Notes under the pieces: generated by a model | What the model was told of the DNA's origin: nothing | Seen by the model: the letters and a program-made list of their open reading frames with translations, nothing else | Database searches by the model: none | Shown here: one piece after another, positions 7,838-17,829 of the stretch | Numbering within the stretch: the stretch's first letter is position 1 | Layout of the letters: each line of letters opens with the position of its first letter | Assembly (NCBI GenBank): GCA_008369845.1 | Contig: MRSU01007649.1 | Coordinates: 1 to 38,885 of the forward strand | Reading direction: 5' to 3' | From: Trichomonas gallinae | Lineage: Eukaryota | Length of the DNA stretch: 38,885 nucleotides | Position numbers and translations under genes: made by a program

Positions 7838-10645
7838 ATGTCCGCAAAGTCACAAAACCAAGTGGACGAAAGTAACAAAGATCTCGGGGAAGTTCTACAT
7901 TCGGTCATTTTGAGATGCGAAAAAGAGTTGCAGAGCGTTATAACAAATAATCTAAGAATGTCAACGAAAAGTCACGTAATGCACTCACTTCTTCGCACTC
8001 AGATATTGCTCGCAAGATTTTTGGTTCTATACAGATGGGTTAAAAAGTCAGAATCAGCAAAGAATTATAAAGATAAAAAGATATTATTCGAAGAAAATAC
8101 AGAAAAAGCAAAGAAAAAGTACAGACAAATACGTGCTATATTTCAAAACAGCAATAATTTCAACACACGCGAATTTATTCCTCAAATTGAACAAATTGAA
8201 GAGATTTTCTTCAATCCAGATCCAAGAACGATATTCTTATGCTTAATGCAACAGAAAATTCCTACAGAAATTACAAATATTTCACTTCAAGAAAATATAA
8301 TTTTTGTTTCATCGTCAAATATTTATAGTTACGCGTTGAAAATCAGAGATAACGGCAAACTAACTCTAAAATCCTTCCATTTATTATTTCCAATGTCCGA
8401 AAACTCAATACAAACTATTACTTTGATGATTCAAAATTGCGTTTTTACGAGCCATAGCATATTTTTCGATCTAAATCAGCTTCTTTACAGGTTATACACA
8501 ATAGGGCAGTACATTTTGCTCTGTGAAAAGCTCAAAAATTATCAAACTTTATTTGGATACAAAATAATCAAATCTGAGAACTCCTCGTTGATTGTTTTTG
8601 GCTCCAGCATAGATTATAGAGTCGAATACAAAATATCACCGACCGAATTCGGAATTTCAATTTTTTCATTAAAAATGCACGAAAAACAAGATAAAACGAA
8701 ATCATTCTTCAAGGTTTTATTTGCGAACTCACAGATAGATTTAGTACCAATTCTCTCTGAAATGAGAGACATTTCACATCATTCGATAATGATTCAAATC
8801 ACAAACAGACTTTCCCACGCTTTCACAGCAGCAGGTTTGCCTTCGTTCAAGTGCGAATTTACAGGAAACAAGATTTATGTCAAAGCGAATCAATTAGAAT
8901 TCTGCTGCGTTTATCTTTCTAGGTTCGATTCTGAAATTCACGCAGATATATTCGAAGAATTGGGTGTTACTGGGCCAGAGCTTGTTCACTGCTTGTCATG
9001 CGATGAATGCGAGAGAGTTTCAATTTCTCATTCTTTATATCTGGTATCAGCAATTAAAGATTTGCTGAATTTAGTTGGAATTCGCAGCCATAATATTCCA
9101 GTAAGATCCAGCCAACCGCGCGCAATCCGTTTTTCATTCTCGGAAGACTTTTACATCAGATTCACAGACCAACGCGGAAAGCCACGTCTTGAAGTTGTTT
9201 CTAATGATGGAGTCGTAACATCAACAAACGAAATGACTGTTTTGAACGAATCAAATCATTTGTGCATCACAGAAAAAAGAATATCAAACGCGATTTTATC
9301 AGCGAAAGCAGCAATTGTTATTTTGCAGCTCCAAAAGTCGCTGATGAAGGATGGAATAGAAAGCAGAGCAGAAAACAACAAGATACACTTCTCCATTTCT
9401 CCTTTCGAGTGCGTTGAATTCAGATGCAACTACAATGGTTATTGGACACTTTTCTTTGTCAAACCGCTTCCTTTGTATGATGATGCAACGATTTGCATAC
9501 ATGGAAACAGCTTCAACGCAAACTTCGGATTATGGCTGAAGCAGCTGATTTCAATCATTGGCTCGGACTTGACATATATCTCACAGCTTGAAAGTATATC
9601 AGTTATGCAGAGTTTAATCACAAAATTCAGCGTCGAAAACAAACTCGATTTTTCGATCCAATTCACAAATACTTCCAAGAAGGTGAACATCAGGTTCAGA
9701 AATATGCAGTTTATCGAGCGCAAGGCCAATGTTGAGCATTTCAAAGTTAAAGGAATAAGATTCCCGACATTGAGTTTCGATCCACTAGAAAGTAAATTCG
9801 AAATTTTCACTCCGAACTTGAAATTCGAGAGCATCATGGCTTTGGTGCCATCAATCACTTTAGTATACAAGTACTTCAGAGACAGACCGAACTGGTTCAT
9901 ACAGTTCTCAGAGAAGAACAGGAACATCATGCTTATCTACAAAATGCGCTACACGATTCTTTTCAATCCTTTGTCTTCTGTTAAAATTGACAGTGCGCCA
10001 AATTCTGTCATAACCGCCGCTGTTTTGAGATACAGCCAACTTAGGAACATCACGGAGACTCACATCAGATGCCTTAGAGATGAAATCGAGATGTTTGTCC
10101 AAATCATAGATTTCCTTCAAGACGAGATGAGTTTCACTGTCAGAGAAATCGTCAAACCAGAATATAACGCAAAAGGTCAGATGGTCAAAGAAATATTATT
10201 AGTTTTCGACGACATGCAGTATGGCGACGTGACAGTTTCAATATCATATGGAATGCATGGTCCTCATATCGCATTTACAGGAGACAGCGAGCGATCTAAA
10301 ATTATCGCCGAGTCATGCATGTCGTTCATCAGACTCATCAACGATAAATTCAACATGAAATTGTTCAGAGACGTTTTGACATCATTGGCCGGCGATTATT
10401 CGCTGGCATCAGATATTGTTCAGTACTTGCCTGAAATATTAAGAATGAATGGAATAATGCTTGAAAAGTCTATAGCGACATTCGACTTCAAGAAGAGAAC
10501 AATGACGATTTTCTTGGAAGAAGCATCGCTAGACGTGCAGATGGCAAATCACAACAAACTCGTTGTCACTGGTGAAACAGGAAAGCTACCGGATGTTTAC
10601 TCATTCAAGAGGCTTTGCGAATATCTGAAGAAAGTTAACTTGTAA
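7838..10645 (+). CDS. 935-aa protein, putative divergent Mediator subunit Med14
   Basis: N-terminus LGEVLHSVILRCEKELQSV...RTQILLARFLVLYRW matches, by eye, the Med14 N-terminal pattern LxxLIxxxxxRxxxELxxL...RTxxxxxRxLxLxxW. A second block IPTEITNISLQENIIFV...YSYALKI also resembles Med14. The CDS itself is secure; the identity is inferred. Confidence 0.6.
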   Translation: MSAKSQNQVDESNKDLGEVLHSVILRCEKELQSVITNNLRMSTKSHVMHSLLRTQILLARFLVLYRWVKKSESAKNYKDKKILFEENTEKAKKKYRQIRAIFQNSNNFNTREFIPQIEQIEEIFFNPDPRTIFLCLMQQKIPTEITNISLQENIIFVSSSNIYSYALKIRDNGKLTLKSFHLLFPMSENSIQTITLMIQNCVFTSHSIFFDLNQLLYRLYTIGQYILLCEKLKNYQTLFGYKIIKSENSSLIVFGSSIDYRVEYKISPTEFGISIFSLKMHEKQDKTKSFFKVLFANSQIDLVPILSEMRDISHHSIMIQITNRLSHAFTAAGLPSFKCEFTGNKIYVKANQLEFCCVYLSRFDSEIHADIFEELGVTGPELVHCLSCDECERVSISHSLYLVSAIKDLLNLVGIRSHNIPVRSSQPRAIRFSFSEDFYIRFTDQRGKPRLEVVSNDGVVTSTNEMTVLNESNHLCITEKRISNAILSAKAAIVILQLQKSLMKDGIESRAENNKIHFSISPFECVEFRCNYNGYWTLFFVKPLPLYDDATICIHGNSFNANFGLWLKQLISIIGSDLTYISQLESISVMQSLITKFSVENKLDFSIQFTNTSKKVNIRFRNMQFIERKANVEHFKVKGIRFPTLSFDPLESKFEIFTPNLKFESIMALVPSITLVYKYFRDRPNWFIQFSEKNRNIMLIYKMRYTILFNPLSSVKIDSAPNSVITAAVLRYSQLRNITETHIRCLRDEIEMFVQIIDFLQDEMSFTVREIVKPEYNAKGQMVKEILLVFDDMQYGDVTVSISYGMHGPHIAFTGDSERSKIIAESCMSFIRLINDKFNMKLFRDVLTSLAGDYSLASDIVQYLPEILRMNGIMLEKSIATFDFKKRTMTIFLEEASLDVQMANHNKLVVTGETGKLPDVYSFKRLCEYLKKVNL

Positions 10646-10834
10646 TATATTATATATTGTAAAATTCATGAATATTATTAATTTTTAATTTCAAAAATTC
10701 TTTTTCTAAACAAAGTATACAATCTAACACTAGCTACATGATGTAGTAGAGCTTCTTGAATTATCAAAAAACTTGATTTTCATATTTAAATAATATTATT
10801 ATGCAATAAATAGCTATTTATTTGAATGAAATGT

Positions 10835-11101
10835 TTATGCATATAAAAGAAATTGTTGATTTTTGTTATATTTTTTATGAATATGAGATTTATGGATCCG
10901 TTTACCAATATTGAATCCAACATGATGTCGTCTTGGTAATATATTAAGTAATTGCCGAGAATTTTCAATAATAGGTTCATCGTTATTGAGTTGGTAATAC
11001 AACCACAAACCATGCTTTTTGTCTTTATCAGAAGGATTTGAACGAGTAATACTATCCTAAGAATTCACATCAGCAAGAGCCAACAAATTAAACAAAAACA
11101 T
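10835..11101 (-). pseudogene. Possible small secreted-peptide gene with one premature stop
   Basis: Single frame MFLFNLLALADVNS*DSITRSNPSDKDKKHGLWLYYQLNNDEPIIENSRQLLNILPRRHHVGFNIGKRIHKSHIHKKYNKNQQFLLYA*, with TAG at 11057-11059. No family recognised. Confidence 0.25.
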
Positions 11102-11330
11102 ATAATTTTTTGATATATTATTGTCAATTTGACACAGTTGATGTCATTTTGACATCGTTTTTCACCAATCATTTTATTATTTTCATTGCATTCTAAAATG
11201 AAAATTGCACGAATAATGAATTTTAATTGCATTCTAAAACGAAAATAATCATGAAATGATGATAATTTTTTTTTTAAAAAAGTTTTACGGGCATGAAAAC
11301 ATATATAAATCATTCTGAAAATTACATAAT

Positions 11331-12181
11331 TTATTCTAACAATTCAGTCATTACAATAAAAACAATTAGATTAAGACTTGGTTTTGAATAACATTGCTGC
11401 GTAACATATATTACAGGGTAAAGAATTGGACAGTAGTAGCCTAATGATGTTGATGATTTTGATGTCAATTTACAAACAATTGTAGGAATTGTTGGCAATG
11501 TATCATAAACGCAATTTACCATTGTTATTGTTACGCTTTCGGTAGTTTCATAGTTCATGACTGTAGAGAAGATATTAGCTGTATTAATTTCGTATGAAGT
11601 TTGGCCATATGCCATATTATATAATAAAACTTTATTATTATTCGAAATAAAATTCATGTAATAATATGGGGAAATCTTTATAGCATTATGCCCAATGATG
11701 GAGTAACAATCATTATTTATAATATTCCAGTTTCTCGTTTCAACTTCTGGCGAGCCCCATCCACAATGAAAAATATTTCCATTTTGAATTTTACAATTTG
11801 ATGCGTTAACCTTATTATAAGTTGTCTTCATATATCTTGTAACGAGCAAATGAATTGAACTAAAACAGGAAGATAAGCTCCACATTGAGAAGTAGTTTTC
11901 ATTGGATGCAGTTTTATTACTAACAATAGATAAGGCTATTGTCTGCTCGCTTGATCCACAGTTACAGCAAGAAATTTTAGATGAACGAAATGTTTTGCAA
12001 ATAGAGAACAAAACTGGTGAGCCAAATACTTGTATATCATACGGTGTTGTGGAATTCTTAATGCAATCTATAAAATTGCAGGTTTTTAATATAATGATTT
12101 TTCTTCATTGTTCAAAAATATGCATGACTCAGTAATTAAAGCAAGATGATGAAAATTAGTCTTTTCAACATTAAAACTCAT
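11331..12181 (-). pseudogene. Trichomonad-type Cys/Asn-rich (beta-helix-like) surface protein, frameshifted
   Basis: ATG at 12181 gives MSFNVEKTNFHHLALITESCIFLNNEEKSLY*. After a frameshift near 12085-12090 the reading continues KTCNFIDCIKNS... into track ORF 11331-12011 (TTG start), ending in a hydrophobic tail. Confidence 0.55.
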
Positions 12182-12577
12182 TCACTTTTTAAATATATAT
12201 AGATCAGTTTTGGGCATAAATGTAAAATCATTATTTATATGTGGCAAACCAGGGAGTTAACCTTAAATGAATATCATCGCATCATTGCAATGAAAACCAT
12301 TATTGCGTGGCTAACTTTAGTATAGCATTGCTGGGTTAGGAGTTTTATTTGAAATGCTATAAATTACAATAATAAGTGATGTCGAAAAATTGTTCTTCAG
12401 TAAAAATCAATTAAAGGTCGCATAAAGTATCATTAACACTACCTATTAATAGGGCACGAAATTTTATTCAATGCAAACTGAACCATAGTTTTATTCCAAT
12501 ATTATTTGTTGCCAAGTAAAGTTTTTAATATTGGAATTTTCAAAAGATCTCATATAATATTCTAATTTTTATTATAA

Positions 12578-13429
12578 TCATAAAATCAAATGAACTAGAA
12601 AAATTTGATCAGATAAGAATCGAAAACAGAATTTTTCAGAATAGCATTTACATCTAATATTTTTATTATCATGGCATGAATCTGGAATAACACCAAATAT
12701 GTATGTAGTAATTTCAGATTCAATGTCAATATTATAGTTCTGAATTTTGATATTTGAATGACAATTAATAAAATTAAAAAAATCTTCACCTGATAAAGGC
12801 TTATCTGTGTCAATTATAATCGTATTAGATACAAATGACGATTGGTGAGCATGAAAAAGGTATCTTAATCCAGCTCCATCTTGAAAGTTGCATCTATCAA
12901 TAGAATTGCCGTTAAAAATGAATTCTATAAAGGCATAATCACCAATTGCATGGACAGCTTGGCAATATGTCACATTTATTCCGGGTTCACAATCCCAAAA
13001 TGATACAAGATTTCCACCTTCAAAACCAAAATTATTCGACGCATTAGTATACTTATATTCATGCTTTTTGTATTTAAAACACATTGAACTATCAGAGCAT
13101 AAGTCTCGTGTCGGGCCGCATAATTGTGTTGAGCAATATAGAACTGTTGCTTGCGTTTGAAAACCACAAACAGCGTTTCCTGCAGTCATATCTATATGAT
13201 TTGAAGAGTAGCAATTTGCAAATCTATTGCTTATAATAGAAACATTGCCATTTTGCAAGTATAATGCCCCTCCTTCTTTCGTTGTGAAGCATGATACGAA
13301 TTCGCAGCAATGAATTTTAGACAAAGAGTTAATTGTATAAGAGACGACGCCTCCATTTTCAATATGTGATATACTTTCAAATCTAGTGAATGAAATTGAA
13401 GGGTCCAGCGATTGATATACAAGGGATAG
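12578..13429 (-). pseudogene. Pmp-like / beta-helix surface protein lacking a start codon
   Basis: Frame open from 13429 (LSLVYQSLDPSISFTRFESISHIENGGVV...CEFVSCFTTKEGGALYL...FANCYS) with GGA(L/I) and FxxC motifs and a hydrophobic C-terminus. TGA at 13430-13432; no ATG until internal DMTAG. Confidence 0.55.
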
Positions 13430-13468
13430 TCACTTTTTTCAAACCTATTGTTTTTCAGAATTTTAGTT

Positions 13469-13517
13469 GTCAAATACTGTCAAATCGTCAAATTTTGTCA
13501 AATCGTCATTTGTCAAA
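13469..13517. repeat. Cluster of six GTCA(AA)/TTTGAC motifs
   Basis: gtca at 13469, 13479, 13487, 13497, 13505 and 13512; tgtcaaatcgtca is duplicated at an 18-bp offset. Confidence 0.7.
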
Positions 13518-14468
13518 AATGCTAGATGATTTTTCATTTTATTTCTTTATATAAAAGATACTGAATTGAGTTATCGAAGTCTCATGGCTCAATTTTTAGC
13601 TAAAATAGAAATTATAATCAAAATTCACAATATTATTTGATAAATAGAGATATTCTCTGTATTTCTAATAAACACAACTTATTTGTATTGAAATTAATGA
13701 AAATGCTTCAGAATGAATAGTAAATTGAATGATACGTAATGTGACCTTATAATACAATGAAATAAATAATTGAAACATCATTATGTATTGAAATGCAATA
13801 TAAATAAACAAGTAAGATCAATTTTGAAATTTTATCGAAATTATCTGATTGAATTTTTACGCTATTGTTTAATATATTTATCGAAAAATTGAGTTGTGAG
13901 TTATAATACTTGAAGTAGTATAGTTGTTATCACTTAAATCGGTTTCTTAATTCGATTTATTTAATTTGATTGGAAAAAATATCAATTATCTTCACTAAAT
14001 AATCTTGTGAACTACAATTTTATCAATATTTTCAGATTATTATGCAATTTAAACTGCATGTTAACAAAAATTGAGGATATGAATTCATAATTATTTTTTC
14101 AATAGAGTATTTTTGTAAACTATTCAAACTGAAGACCAAATCAAAAAAATCAAGCTTGGTCATTAATATCTGTAATAACCAGTTGTACATAGAAGAATAA
14201 TCCAAGCGAGCATTAAAATTCGTTTTTCTATGAACTCATGAAATGAATTTATAGGAACAATTTTTCATAATCGAGCTGTACCTGTAGTATAGAAGAAATA
14301 AATCTCAACGAGTGCCAAACTTATCTTATCAAAAAATTCAAGATAAGATTTGATAAGAATATTCTCATTCCATGATTTCATTCAATAGTACTCAATAGAA
14401 ATGATTTAACTTTTTGAAAAGAATTCAATGGATCATCGAATTTGTGAAGAGAAAAAAATTTAACATTT

Positions 14469-14473
14469 TCATT
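14469..14473 (+). promoter_or_regulatory. Inr element of the MATE gene
   Basis: TCATT ending 20 nt upstream of ATG 14494. Confidence 0.45.
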
Positions 14474-14493
14474 CTTGGATATAATCCGAAGAG

Positions 14494-15945
14494 ATGGTAG
14501 AAGCGAAACGATTAATCGAGCATCCAGCTTTAGTGACAATATTACTCCTGACTATTGGTCCGTTTTGTTCACAGATAACAAGTACACTTTACGGCATAAT
14601 AAATACAATTTGGATTTCAAGATATATTGGTGAAATCGGAATGTCTGCCGTTGCAGTTGCAAATACATGGGAAGGTCTTTGCAGAGCATTTGGCTTATTC
14701 CTATCAATTGCGGGTAGTTCTCAAATATCTGCTTTATATGGACAAAAGAAATACGAAGAAACATCACAAGTTGCATGTGATTTATATCGAACTGCACTCG
14801 TTTGTGGATGTATTATTCCTGCAATTTTATTACCGATAAATAAACCATTTTCGAGATGGTTTAAAGCATCAGAAGAAACTGTTCAGCTCGCTTATGATTA
14901 TACATTACCTCAAGCTGCTGGAAACGTATTAACTTGCTTATTCTTTACAAATGTTGGATTTTTACAGGCCGAAGGTAGAACAATCTTGATAGGAATCATC
15001 GATATCGTGTCATTAGGAATTGGAATGGGAGTTCTTAATCCACTCTTCCTTGGAAAGTTGAAAACTGGAATCGAAGGCCCATCTTATTCAACAATTGTTG
15101 CCGATGGTGTACCAGGAATTATCCTCACAATCCTTTTCTTCTGCGGAAAATTCACCGTGAAGCCACAACTTAGAGGTTTAATACGACCATTTGCAAGAGA
15201 ATCATGGCAAGCGCTTCTTGTTGGCTGTTCTCAGCTCATTTCACAGTTGAGCCTGTTCATTCCAGGTATCATTATGCGTAGATTGATCGGACTTTCATTG
15301 CAAGACAGAAGTCAATACGATAATGTTATGGCTGGTTACAATGTTATCGGCAGATTCACAAACTTAGTTCTTTCAGTCGTTCTCGCTTTGTGCACTGGTT
15401 TCTTGCCTGCTGCTTCTTATGCATATGGTGCAAAGATGTACAGACGCTATATTAGACTCTCAATACATTTAAATTGGACGACATTCGCCTGGTGTATTAT
15501 TGCATTGATCGTAGGCGTCGGTTTTCCAGCTCAGTTCGCATTGATTTTTGGTAAAGGTGATGGATATATGCAATGGACTGTCAAAGAACTTATTGCTTGC
15601 AATTGGGGTGTTTTCATATTATTTGCAAGGTATACAATACAGACAATGCTTCAATCACAGCAAAGAGGCAAAAGAGCTATGATCATATCATTCACATCAA
15701 ATTTTGTAATTACAATTGCTTTTTGTTATGTTATGTACTATGCTTATCCAGCTTACACAGAACGAATTCTATGGAGTTTCTCAATTGCTTCTGTATTTGG
15801 TTTCTTCCTTGGTCTAGCACTCATCATCAAGCCATTCATAGATATTGTTAAAGCCTTGAAAGAGACTTCAGATCAAGTTAAAGAAAAAGAACTTGATGAT
15901 GATGATGATGAAGAAACTGAACCAGTACCAGCAGCTGAATTATAA
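14494..15945 (+). CDS. MATE family efflux transporter
   Basis: About 12 hydrophobic segments in two halves; motifs LYGIINTIWISRYIG, ISALYGQKKY, FLQAEGRT and GFLPAASYAYGAK; acidic tail. Confidence 0.92.
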   Translation: MVEAKRLIEHPALVTILLLTIGPFCSQITSTLYGIINTIWISRYIGEIGMSAVAVANTWEGLCRAFGLFLSIAGSSQISALYGQKKYEETSQVACDLYRTALVCGCIIPAILLPINKPFSRWFKASEETVQLAYDYTLPQAAGNVLTCLFFTNVGFLQAEGRTILIGIIDIVSLGIGMGVLNPLFLGKLKTGIEGPSYSTIVADGVPGIILTILFFCGKFTVKPQLRGLIRPFARESWQALLVGCSQLISQLSLFIPGIIMRRLIGLSLQDRSQYDNVMAGYNVIGRFTNLVLSVVLALCTGFLPAASYAYGAKMYRRYIRLSIHLNWTTFAWCIIALIVGVGFPAQFALIFGKGDGYMQWTVKELIACNWGVFILFARYTIQTMLQSQQRGKRAMIISFTSNFVITIAFCYVMYYAYPAYTERILWSFSIASVFGFFLGLALIIKPFIDIVKALKETSDQVKEKELDDDDDEETEPVPAAEL

Positions 15946-16036
15946 TTTGTTTTACGTTTAGCAAAATTTGCTTATAGATAATAAAATAATTGTATTTTAC
16001 TAAACTGGAATTTTCATTAATAAAATTTGCAGCTTT

Positions 16037-17425
16037 TTATTTATTCGAATAAAGTATCGATACTATTATAAAGTCATTCAATTGATTATCATTCATTATT
16101 TCGATATTTGGACAATGATCTTTTGGAACCATAATATAGTTGATTCTGTTATCCGATAGTTTTTTACTTTTTTCAATTAAATTGCCTCTCTTCCAAAGGA
16201 TATCAGGATCACATCCCAAATTAAACATCTCCTTAAAACTGTCTTTCAGTTCATTAGATACTTGAAAGAACGTAAATTTAGTTGGTATTATTGGACTAAT
16301 TGATGTAACGAGAACAATTTTGTATTTGTAGTCTTCTGCATGACCGTTTTGAATTATGTATGTATCGAGATAATGATCGGAAATAGGTTCTGGATAAATT
16401 ATTATATTTGTTTTGAATTTATAACATAATGAATTTTTAACAAGAATGACACCTTGATTATTTTTTTCTATTTGAACCGAATTATTAACAAGAATGGATC
16501 GAGATGGTTCATGAAGAAAGAATACATTATTTGTTGTAATTAATTTCATTCGATCTTGGTATCTTTCAAAATCATTTCTATATGCAACTTTATCTTCAAT
16601 AATTTTTTGTAGTTTCACTATTTTAGCTATGCACTCATCTGAAAAGCTTGGATTTGAATTATTAGGGTATCTGATAGCTGTAATAGTTGTAGCATCTCCA
16701 TCCAAATCATTTTCAAACGTATCGGTAATTGTTTTTTTATCCTTTAGTAAAAATTTCATTTGATAATTTTCCTTTTTAATTGATGTGGGAATATCAAATT
16801 TTGCATTATCCATAATGGACCTTAGAAGATATTTGTTAGATTCGAAGTCGTACAAAATGATTTTTGTGCGTTTTCTTCTGTAATAGTATTTTCCATATGG
16901 AAATTTCTTAGACGAGTCATATTCGAATGAAATTGTTTCATTCGTATCTGATTTATACCATTGGTCACATATTTTAATATAATAATTACTATATTCAACT
17001 ATTGCATAAAGTTCATAATTATTGAGTATTTTTTCGTCCGTAATTTCTGAACTTGAGTATAAATTTGCTTTAATTGGATTGTTTCTGTCATATTGAGTAT
17101 CCTTTTTGTATTCTGTAAAGCTATCTATTTGAATTGATTTTAATTTGTTACCTATTTCAATGAAATATTCGTGATAATTTTTCTTTTCTAGAGTAATGTT
17201 TGACAAAAATGATATATCTAATCGGTTTTCATTTTGGTAATCAAGGATTTGTGCAAATATGTCGTTAATATGAAACATTTCATCATTGTCGTTTATTTTG
17301 GGATCACTGAGATGTTCATACAACAAATCAGCAGTGTCAGCCGAATGAGCATAGAGAACCATTGCAATTTTGATAAAGATGTCTTTGTTTTCTTCGCTCA
17401 TTAAAATTTTTAAATTTGCCATCAT
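16037..17425 (-). CDS. Hypothetical protein (462 aa), possible degenerate USP-like segment
   Basis: Long ATG ORF in very AT-rich DNA. YELYAIVEYSNYYIKICDQWYKSD resembles a USP His-box scaffold without the His. Confidence 0.65.
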   Translation of the reverse strand: MMANLKILMSEENKDIFIKIAMVLYAHSADTADLLYEHLSDPKINDNDEMFHINDIFAQILDYQNENRLDISFLSNITLEKKNYHEYFIEIGNKLKSIQIDSFTEYKKDTQYDRNNPIKANLYSSSEITDEKILNNYELYAIVEYSNYYIKICDQWYKSDTNETISFEYDSSKKFPYGKYYYRRKRTKIILYDFESNKYLLRSIMDNAKFDIPTSIKKENYQMKFLLKDKKTITDTFENDLDGDATTITAIRYPNNSNPSFSDECIAKIVKLQKIIEDKVAYRNDFERYQDRMKLITTNNVFFLHEPSRSILVNNSVQIEKNNQGVILVKNSLCYKFKTNIIIYPEPISDHYLDTYIIQNGHAEDYKYKIVLVTSISPIIPTKFTFFQVSNELKDSFKEMFNLGCDPDILWKRGNLIEKSKKLSDNRINYIMVPKDHCPNIEIMNDNQLNDFIIVSILYSNK

Positions 17426-17829
17426 TTTTTGTTACGTAAATTTATATTTTGTCATGTAAATTTTTTTATTCGACAATTTTTCCTTATTTATATTATATAT
17501 AAAGATTACTCAATGCACAGTGCATAAGATAAATGAACATGATAGTAGTTTCACTTTTTGCTAATATATTTGCTCTCGAGAGCATCCAGAAAAGGCAATT
17601 TTGAAAAAAAATTAGTGAAATTATAACAAAAAATGACACAATCTGACATGTAAATCATACAATCTTACTATGACAATCCGTCATGTAAAAAAAAATTCTA
17701 ATAACTACTTGCTAATGATTCAAAGTTTTGCAATTACTGCAATAATGGTAAAAAACTATGTATTTAATATGAAAAATAAAACACTTTATTAAATAAAACA
17801 TATCATATGATGCATCAATGTGTCATTCA

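Noticed and set aside
10786..11013. 75-aa ORF (SMVCG...) as an initiator-binding-domain fragment
   Set aside because: Resemblance is limited to a few residues; the rest does not fit.
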